The notes beneath the pieces were generated by a model, which saw only the letters and a program-made list of their open reading frames with translations, was not told where the DNA came from and did not search any database. Shown here in pieces: positions 1-5,367 of a DNA stretch of 21,820 nt. Every line of letters starts with the position of its first letter. The first letter of the stretch is position 1. This DNA is from Candidatus Hadarchaeota archaeon (GTDB lineage Archaea; CAYQAE01; CAYVLA01), in the NCBI GenBank assembly GCA_964621445.1, contig CAZUNO010000033.1:1-21820 (forward strand). Reading direction: 5' to 3'. The translations under genes and the position numbers were made by a program.

Positions 1-203
1 GCCTCCAACTCCTTTTTCACGGCATCGAAAACCTCTTCGATATCGTATCCCAGGTCCATCTTCTCGGATACAAGCTCCAGGACTTCCTCCCTGGAAACGG
101 CGTACGTCCCCACTATCAGGGCGACCCGAGCCTCCAGGTAGCGCTTCCTGTCCTCCTTTTTCCGGGGTTCCTCCTTCTTTCGGATCCTAGAGAATATGCC
201 CAG
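1..203 (-). CDS. Hypothetical protein, 5' part only (runs off the window); probable CTG start, begins (M)GIFSRIRKKEEPRKKEDRKRYLEARVALIVGTYAVSREEVLELVSEKMDLGYDIEEVFDAVKKELE
   Basis: Not in the ORF track. Translated by hand: open frame from 203 to the window edge, AGGAGG (211-216) 7 nt before CTG, in-frame TAG just upstream with no ATG/GTG/TTG in between, TATA-like box at 239-247. Confidence 0.75.
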   Translation of the reverse strand, partial: MGIFSRIRKKEEPRKKEDRKRYLEARVALIVGTYAVSREEVLELVSEKMDLGYDIEEVFDAVKKELE

Positions 204-238
204 GGGGATTCCTCCTGATGTCCCCTATTGGTGGGGCC

Positions 239-251
239 TTAAATAAATTTC
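239..251 (-). promoter_or_regulatory. Putative archaeal BRE/TATA promoter (GAAATTTATTTAA) for the 203-start gene
   Basis: AT-rich TTTATTTAA preceded by GAAA, about 35 nt upstream of the start codon. Confidence 0.55.
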
Positions 252-281
252 AGGAAACTGGCTGTCGAAATTTGAGCTTTC

Positions 282-1085
282 CTAGGAGGAGTATATCTTC
301 ATGTTTCTATTGCTTCCAACCGAGCGTGAAAGGTTTTCCATGACGCTGACCTTCACCGACCGGTCGCCAAAGATCAGGGTGTAGACCTGGCGCTGATCGG
401 CTCCCTCCTTCAACACATAGCTAAACTTGGGATAGTTATCCTTGTTCGACCGCAGGACCCTTTCCACAACCTTCCGGGGCTTGCCCCGTATTTCCACGTC
501 TATGCACTCGCCCTCTTCGGAAAATATCTCGTGGATGACGTCCTCCCGGATGCTGTATATGTTGGTCCTTCCCCTGTTGTCGACGACCTCCAGGGCGTTG
601 TAACGATTGTTCAGGATTGAGAGTATGTGCCTCTCGGATTCGGGAATGGAGGTTGAGTCGAAGGTGCTTCCCCCGAATTCCAGGGCCAGGTCCTTGAGCA
701 CCCTATTGTACTTGGTACCGTTGCTGGGGATCTTAACCTCATCCTGATCCTCCTTTCCCGAGGGGGCCACGCACTGGGATAGTTCCTCGCTTATGTCCAC
801 CAATTTCGATATCTTTTCCTCGATCCTCTCAATTCGCTCCTCGAGCTTCCTGCTTTTCATCCTAAACGAGCTGGATATGGATGACGCATGGCCATGGTAT
901 TCATTGGCGCCGCCCTCCTCACCCTTGGTAAGGCTTCCATTCAACTGGGGGAGATTCTGAACAAGGTGTATCAGAGTTTCATCATCCAGTGATGGGAAGG
1001 TCATCTTAAGGGTTCCGTCCCGTTTCATCTCGACCTCAAGCTTAAGTGGTTTACTCAGAACTCTATTTGACTCCTTAGTACTCAT
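282..1085 (-). CDS. Paralog A: N-terminal beta-hairpin/helix module + coiled coil + winged-helix-like domain + C-terminal ferredoxin-like module; function unknown
   Basis: 267 aa ORF with GAGGTG RBS at 1092-1097. Contains LEERIERIEEKI and IPSNGTKY...RHILSILNNRYNALEVVDNRGRTNIY, which align by eye with three neighbouring ORFs. Confidence 0.85.
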   Translation of the reverse strand: MSTKESNRVLSKPLKLEVEMKRDGTLKMTFPSLDDETLIHLVQNLPQLNGSLTKGEEGGANEYHGHASSISSSFRMKSRKLEERIERIEEKISKLVDISEELSQCVAPSGKEDQDEVKIPSNGTKYNRVLKDLALEFGGSTFDSTSIPESERHILSILNNRYNALEVVDNRGRTNIYSIREDVIHEIFSEEGECIDVEIRGKPRKVVERVLRSNKDNYPKFSYVLKEGADQRQVYTLIFGDRSVKVSVMENLSRSVGSNRNMKIYSS

Positions 1086-1110
1086 TCAACCCACCTCTTA
1101 GTTTCAATAT

Positions 1111-1131
1111 CCCCGAATTCCCCGAATTCGG
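1111..1131. repeat. Tandem CCCCGAATT x2 ending in the palindrome CCGAATTCGG
   Basis: CCCCGAATT at 1111-1119 and 1120-1128; CCGAATTCGG at 1122-1131. A second palindrome, GTTTCGAAAC, lies at 1144-1153. Confidence 0.6.
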
Positions 1132-1152
1132 AAAGGTCAGATTGTTTCGAAA

Positions 1153-1165
1153 CTACCGTGTCGAA
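1153..1165 (+). promoter_or_regulatory. Candidate operator motif CTACCGTGTCGAA (copy 1)
   Basis: 12/13 identical to CTACCGAGTCGAA at 1737-1749; both copies are preceded by CCGAATTC. Function is inferred. Confidence 0.35.
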
Positions 1166-1179
1166 AACGATGATCCTCA

Positions 1180-1194
1180 CTTAAATTTATTTTG
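1180..1194 (-). promoter_or_regulatory. Possible TATA element for paralog A (CAAAATAAATTTAAG)
   Basis: AT-rich box containing TTTAAG about 95 nt upstream of ATG 1085. Confidence 0.35.
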
Positions 1195-1297
1195 CAGTGA
1201 GCCTCTCACCCTTGACCCACGCCAGGTATAATCCATCCACGCGATATTTTCCTCTATCTTGAATTATATCCCATTTTAATGCATTATGATTGGTATA

Positions 1298-1305
1298 TTT
1301 TTAAG
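1298..1305 (+). promoter_or_regulatory. Putative TATA box (TTTTTAAG) for the small coiled-coil gene
   Basis: About 40 nt upstream of ATG 1346. Confidence 0.45.
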
Positions 1306-1345
1306 TGTGGAGAATGTATTGCATTAACACCTGTCGGTGAATGTA

Positions 1346-1555
1346 ATGGCTGCCACAATGGGGATGGAACAGGCCCTCGATGATCTCGAGAGGAGAATAG
1401 ACTCCCTCGAGGAAAAGGTCAACACTGCTCTTGAACAGAGCATATGTCTTTTGGAATATGTGAAGGAGAACCCCTCCAGAATTCGACCCCAGAGAACCGT
1501 AACCCGCCGCATTATACTGGAGGAAACCACGGCAATACCGGAAGCCGTTGACTAG
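1346..1555 (+). CDS. Small protein B consisting of the family coiled coil only (LDDLERRIDSLEEKVNTAL), no winged-helix domain
   Basis: The track gives GTG 1337; ATG 1346 is preferred because GGTGA (1336-1340) lies 5 nt upstream. The heptad segment aligns with the coiled coils of the four paralogs. Confidence 0.7.
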   Translation: MAATMGMEQALDDLERRIDSLEEKVNTALEQSICLLEYVKENPSRIRPQRTVTRRIILEETTAIPEAVD

Positions 1556-1626
1556 GGGTAGGGGAGAGCCCCCATTCTCCGTGTTTTAATCCATCCTCAT
1601 TAACCCATAACACGCCTTGATCCCTC

Positions 1627-1660
1627 TTTTTTGACAGGCTGCAATGCATTTACAGCCTTT
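1627..1660 (+). terminator. Possible terminator: T6 run followed by the inverted repeat AGGCTG-CAATGCATTTA-CAGCCT
   Basis: TTTTTT at 1627-1632; arms at 1636-1641 and 1653-1658, about 70-100 nt downstream of the stop of gene B. Confidence 0.3.
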
Positions 1661-1736
1661 CGTATGTCCTAATCCCGTCAACAAGGCTTCTTCAACCCTT
1701 GATTTGACATTCCGAATTCTGATCAATCATTCATAG

Positions 1737-1749
1737 CTACCGAGTCGAA
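1737..1749 (+). promoter_or_regulatory. Candidate operator motif CTACCGAGTCGAA (copy 2)
   Basis: Near-identical to 1153-1165; CCGAATTC at 1712-1719; lies upstream of the TATA-like box of paralog C. Confidence 0.35.
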
Positions 1750-1784
1750 TGTTATTGAGCACGTTTAAGGGTCCGGGCCACCTA

Positions 1785-1795
1785 GCTTAATAAGC
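1785..1795 (+). promoter_or_regulatory. Putative TATA box TTAATAAG within the inverted repeat GCTTA-A-TAAGC, for paralog C
   Basis: About 47 nt upstream of ATG 1842. Confidence 0.45.
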
Positions 1796-1841
1796 AGTGG
1801 TTGGTTTCTCATATTAGCAACAGGTCTGGGAATGATAATCA

Positions 1842-2252
1842 ATGGTACATGATCCGGAAGCTAACCGTTCGGTGGTAGCCTCCACCAACCCGGCAATCAC
1901 CAACATGGAAAGGCTGGGCAGCCGACTGGGAAGACTGGAGGAAACCGTCGATCAGTTGATAGCCACACACAAGACCCTGATGGAAAAGCTGCAGGCAGAG
2001 AAACAGGAGGATGACCGGAAGCTAATGCCCAGCCCCAATACCAAGTACTTTGACTTCCTCGTCTATCTGGAGGAGACCTTCAAGGGATCCCAGTTTACCA
2101 GCGATGAGATACCCAAGAAGAGCAGGCACATTCTCTCCATTCTCAACACCGAATACAAGGCCCTTGACGTGGTGTCCAAGCGAGGGCGTACCAACGTTTA
2201 CACCGTATCTCCCCAGGTCCGGGAGAAAATCGAGAGCCAGGAAACGGATTGA
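1842..2252 (+). CDS. Paralog C: minimal form, coiled coil + winged-helix-like domain
   Basis: 136 aa. LGSRLGRLEETVDQLI followed by MPSPNTKYF...FTSDEIPKKSRHILSILNTEYKALDVVSKRGRTNVY. Confidence 0.85.
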   Translation: MVHDPEANRSVVASTNPAITNMERLGSRLGRLEETVDQLIATHKTLMEKLQAEKQEDDRKLMPSPNTKYFDFLVYLEETFKGSQFTSDEIPKKSRHILSILNTEYKALDVVSKRGRTNVYTVSPQVREKIESQETD

Positions 2253-2279
2253 AGGGTCAATGATACCGGACCTACCAGA

Positions 2280-2287
2280 TTTATAAG
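2280..2287 (+). promoter_or_regulatory. Putative TATA box TTTATAAG for paralog D
   Basis: Close match to the archaeal TTTAWA consensus, 35 nt before ATG 2323, in the 70-nt C-D spacer. Confidence 0.55.
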
Positions 2288-2322
2288 ACAGCTCGAGGTT
2301 AACTAGACGGCCTTGGTCCATC

Positions 2323-2976
2323 ATGATTGAAATTATCAAGGAGCCCAGCGGGCCGGTGACCATCCGGATATCGGATGAGGATATTGAAGATATCAAGGAG
2401 ATACTGGGCTCTCTTTTCCGGGAGACCTCATTTGCCCAGGGGCGCATGAGGGCCCTTTCCAATCGGTTCCAGGACCTGGAGGACTCAATTGGGCAGCTGA
2501 TAGATATAAACAACCAGCTGGCCAGCGCCCTTCAGGAACAGGAGGAGACCAGGCCCCATCTTCCGGCACCGGGAACCAAGTACTTCCAGAGGCTCTGGAG
2601 CCTCTGCGCCAATAATATCGATCAAACCTTCACCAGCGAGGATGTCCCGGAAAACGAGCGGCACATCCTGTCAATCCTCAAGAACGAGTACGATGTTTTG
2701 GAGGTTGCCCGGAAGAAGGGAAGGCGTAACTTCTATCGTGTCAAGCCGGATATAGCCAGGAAGCTGATCGGGGATAATGGCTACCGGTTCTCCACCCAGG
2801 TGAGCCCCGAGGATAGAGAGGATATGGACTCCCTGGTGGAGGCCGAGAGGGGAGAGAAGAAATTCATCGCGGACACCCGGGAGGGAAAGACGGGGGTTAT
2901 CTACGAGTTTTTCTTCCCGGATCCGGAGGCCGGAGAGGCCTTCGAAAAAAAGGTCCTGGAGACTCCGGCCCAGTAA
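2323..2976 (+). CDS. Paralog D: N-terminal module + coiled coil + winged-helix-like domain + divergent C-terminal alpha/beta module
   Basis: 217 aa. LSNRFQDLEDSIGQLI and LPAPGTKYF...FTSEDVPENERHILSILKNEYDVLEVARKKGRRNFY. Confidence 0.85.
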   Translation: MIEIIKEPSGPVTIRISDEDIEDIKEILGSLFRETSFAQGRMRALSNRFQDLEDSIGQLIDINNQLASALQEQEETRPHLPAPGTKYFQRLWSLCANNIDQTFTSEDVPENERHILSILKNEYDVLEVARKKGRRNFYRVKPDIARKLIGDNGYRFSTQVSPEDREDMDSLVEAERGEKKFIADTREGKTGVIYEFFFPDPEAGEAFEKKVLETPAQ

Positions 2977-2979
2977 CCA

Positions 2980-3810
2980 TCAGGCCTCGCGGACTATCAG
3001 GTTGGTCTTGTTTCCCACGAAACGTCCTAGATTGGAGGTAACCGACAGCTGGACGGAGTTGTCCTTGAAGAACAGCCTGTATTTCTGCCTTAGACCGTTT
3101 CCCTCCAGGAAGGCGTAGGTGAACCCGGGGTATCTCTTCTGATTGGTGTCAAGGAAGGCGTCGCAGCTCTTCTTGTCCTTGCCCCGTATCTCGATTATGT
3201 TGGAGGTTCCCTCACTGGCCAGTATCTTCTGCATCACGCCCCTGCGGACCTTGTAGATGTTTGTGCGTCCCTGGGTCTCGGTGACCTTCAGGGCATTGTA
3301 CTTGTTGTTTAGAATTGACAGCACGTGCCTATCGTCCTCGGCCACGTCCCTTCCGGTGAATGTATCGTTTCCGAACCTCTCAACGAGCTCCTGGAGGACG
3401 GAATGATATTTGGTGCCCGAGCTCGGTATCTTTGGTTCCTGTTCGTCGTCCTCGGGATTGAGGTTCTGTATGAGTTTTTGGTTCATTTCGATGAGATTTC
3501 CAATCTTCTCCTCGAGGGTGCCGATCCTGCCCTCGATCTCCTTTCTCCTTCTCCTGACCCTCTCATCGCCCGCATCCTGCTGAGCGCTGCGCTCATCCTG
3601 CTGGTCCTCATCCTCCCCTTCCTGGACGTCGACTGATTTGACCTTGATTCCATTTGATGATTGTCGCTGCGGGGATTGCCATCCGTTGGAAATGTTCTGG
3701 ATGAACTCCATCAACTGTTTAACGTCGCTCACCGGCAGTTTCAAATGAACGGTACCGATGTCGCTCAGCTCTATCTCCACGCTCCCTATCCTCTTGGTCT
3801 CCACCATCAT
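2980..3810 (-). CDS. Paralog E: same full architecture as paralog A (closest pair), with a longer acidic linker
   Basis: The track start 3813 is TTG; ATG 3810 sits 6 nt after GAGG (3817-3820). IEGRIGTLEEKIGNLI and IPSSGTKY...RHVLSILNNKYNALKVTETQGRTNIY; the C-terminal EIRGK..YP.F.Y...EG...RQ.Y.L.F.D.SV..SV..NL.R.VG pattern is shared with A. Confidence 0.85.
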   Translation of the reverse strand: MMVETKRIGSVEIELSDIGTVHLKLPVSDVKQLMEFIQNISNGWQSPQRQSSNGIKVKSVDVQEGEDEDQQDERSAQQDAGDERVRRRRKEIEGRIGTLEEKIGNLIEMNQKLIQNLNPEDDEQEPKIPSSGTKYHSVLQELVERFGNDTFTGRDVAEDDRHVLSILNNKYNALKVTETQGRTNIYKVRRGVMQKILASEGTSNIIEIRGKDKKSCDAFLDTNQKRYPGFTYAFLEGNGLRQKYRLFFKDNSVQLSVTSNLGRFVGNKTNLIVREA

Positions 3811-3855
3811 CAACAGCCTCTTTTACGGTTTTGATATAACAACTGGGAATATCTT

Positions 3856-3874
3856 AACCTTAATAAAGGTTTCG
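3856..3874 (-). promoter_or_regulatory. Putative BRE/TATA promoter (CGAAACCTTTATTAAG) for paralog E, embedded in the inverted repeat AACCTT-AATA-AAGGTT
   Basis: Purine-rich BRE-like CGAAA followed by TTTATTAA, about 50 nt upstream of the start. Confidence 0.6.
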
Positions 3875-4083
3875 TAATCCTCTGAAGGTCGGCGGCTTCC
3901 TATCGTTGTGAGTATCACGGGGCATTTGACCTGCTTATTGTGCTCCTTGTAAAGTCTTATCTGGACATTTACGTCTCCAGAGGGCTTTAAATTCTAAATA
4001 AGAATTTCTAGGAACTTATAAGGCGATATCACTCTTCATTTATGGTATGGAATCCTCGCGAAATGAAATGCGAGTATCACATG

Positions 4084-4125
4084 TTTGATATCCATGGCTA
4101 ACTGGATATCCATCCAGATATCAAA
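4084..4125. repeat. Inverted repeat TTTGATATC...GATATCAAA enclosing a third GATATC
   Basis: GATATC at 4087, 4105 and 4117 (also 4025); GATATCCAT is directly repeated at 4087 and 4105. Confidence 0.5.
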
Positions 4126-4261
4126 GCAAGCACGAGAAATCCCATATCGAGGGCGTTCCAAAACCTTCGATCAATGGCATTCCATTCATCCCCAAACGGC
4201 AGAGACCGGAAGTTTGTCATGCTTTTTATTGCCCTATGGTTAGATATAGACCAGAGCTATC

Positions 4262-5359
4262 TTGACCATATCCGTCTCGGTCCCCGGAAGGATCAATGTC
4301 CTTGGCAACCCAACCGATGGGCTGGAAGGAGACTTCTGCACCATCTCCTGCGCCGTTTCCCTTCGTACCTACGGCGTATTCGAGGAGAGCGATGACTTCC
4401 TGGTTGACGTCAGGACCTCCGAGGGAGCCGACTCCTACCGCACGGTCCTCAAGAACGAATACAGGTACAACGGAAAGTACGACATCGTAAAGGCCTCCAT
4501 AAACAGGCTCAAGAAGGAATGCCCCGGCTTTTCCGACAAGTTCGAGGAGACCAAGTTCAGGCTCACCACCTGGACCGATATACCTCCCCGCAGCGGCCTG
4601 GGAGGGTCCTCGGCGGTCATAAACATGGTCCTGGTTGGATGCGTCCACCTCTATGGTCTTGATCTGAACAGGTTCAACGACTACCGCCTGGCCGAGATCT
4701 GCACCCGGGTCGAGTGCGACGAGCTAGGCTTCACCTGCGGCTACGCCGACAGGTACAGCACCCTGTTGGGTGGGCTGGCCTACATCGATTACCGGGACAA
4801 GCTCCACCACAAGCCCATCGACCAGGAGCCCTACGCCACCTACGAGAGGCTGGACCGCTACATACAGTCCATGCCCATGTTCATAGTGTACACCGGCGTG
4901 GCCCGAGACTCGGGCAACGTCCATGGAGTACTACGGGACCGGTACATGAAGGAGCTAGCCGGACAGGCGCAGGGCGAAAGATACGCCCTCAAGGGCATGA
5001 AAAAAATCGCCCGGACGGCCATAGAAGGGAAGAAGAGGCTGCTGGAGGGGGACTGGGAGGGATTCGGGTCCCTGATGAACGATAACCATCGATGGATTGA
5101 CTGGGTTATGAGAAAGGCCGGCTTCGAACACGGGGCCGGTGAGGTCGATAACCTGCTGGTTAACGAGGCAATCAAAAGAGGGGCTCTGGGTGCAAAGTTA
5201 ACCGGAGCCGGGGGAGGAGGGTGTGTGTGCATCCTCGCTCCTCATGGAAAAAAGGATAAGCTAATTCAATCCATGCACTCGGCCATAGAGGAGAGGGAAC
5301 TGGATGGCGCCAGGATATTTGACTTCGACATCTCCAGAAACGGTTACGTGGTTAGGTAG
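4262..5359 (+). CDS. GHMP-family sugar kinase (glucuronokinase/heptose-7-P kinase-like)
   Basis: PGRINVLGNPTDG (motif I), IPPRSGLGGSSA (ATP-binding motif II), GAKLTGAGGGG (motif III). TTG start; TTTTTATT box at 4223-4230. Confidence 0.88.
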   Translation: MTISVSVPGRINVLGNPTDGLEGDFCTISCAVSLRTYGVFEESDDFLVDVRTSEGADSYRTVLKNEYRYNGKYDIVKASINRLKKECPGFSDKFEETKFRLTTWTDIPPRSGLGGSSAVINMVLVGCVHLYGLDLNRFNDYRLAEICTRVECDELGFTCGYADRYSTLLGGLAYIDYRDKLHHKPIDQEPYATYERLDRYIQSMPMFIVYTGVARDSGNVHGVLRDRYMKELAGQAQGERYALKGMKKIARTAIEGKKRLLEGDWEGFGSLMNDNHRWIDWVMRKAGFEHGAGEVDNLLVNEAIKRGALGAKLTGAGGGGCVCILAPHGKKDKLIQSMHSAIEERELDGARIFDFDISRNGYVVR

Positions 5360-5367
5360 ATCCGGTA

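Noticed and set aside
1324-1530. 68-aa minus-strand ORF
   Set aside because: Antisense shadow of gene B, which has the RBS, TATA box and family coil.
1111-1749. CRISPR array or transposon ends suggested by short repeats
   Set aside because: Repeats are 8-13 nt, irregularly spaced and at most three copies; no cas or transposase genes are present.
2022-2513. 163-aa minus-strand ORF and the 78-aa plus-strand ORF 2050-2286
   Set aside because: They overlap paralogs C and D, whose frames are supported by mutual homology; they show no motifs.
282-3810. Identification of the paralogs as ESCRT-II/CdvA/CdvB, heat-shock factor or gas-vesicle proteins
   Set aside because: Only generic features (coiled coil, winged helix) are shared. 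I see no diagnostic motifs, no Vps4-type ATPase in the window and no canonical nGAAnnTTCn arrays.
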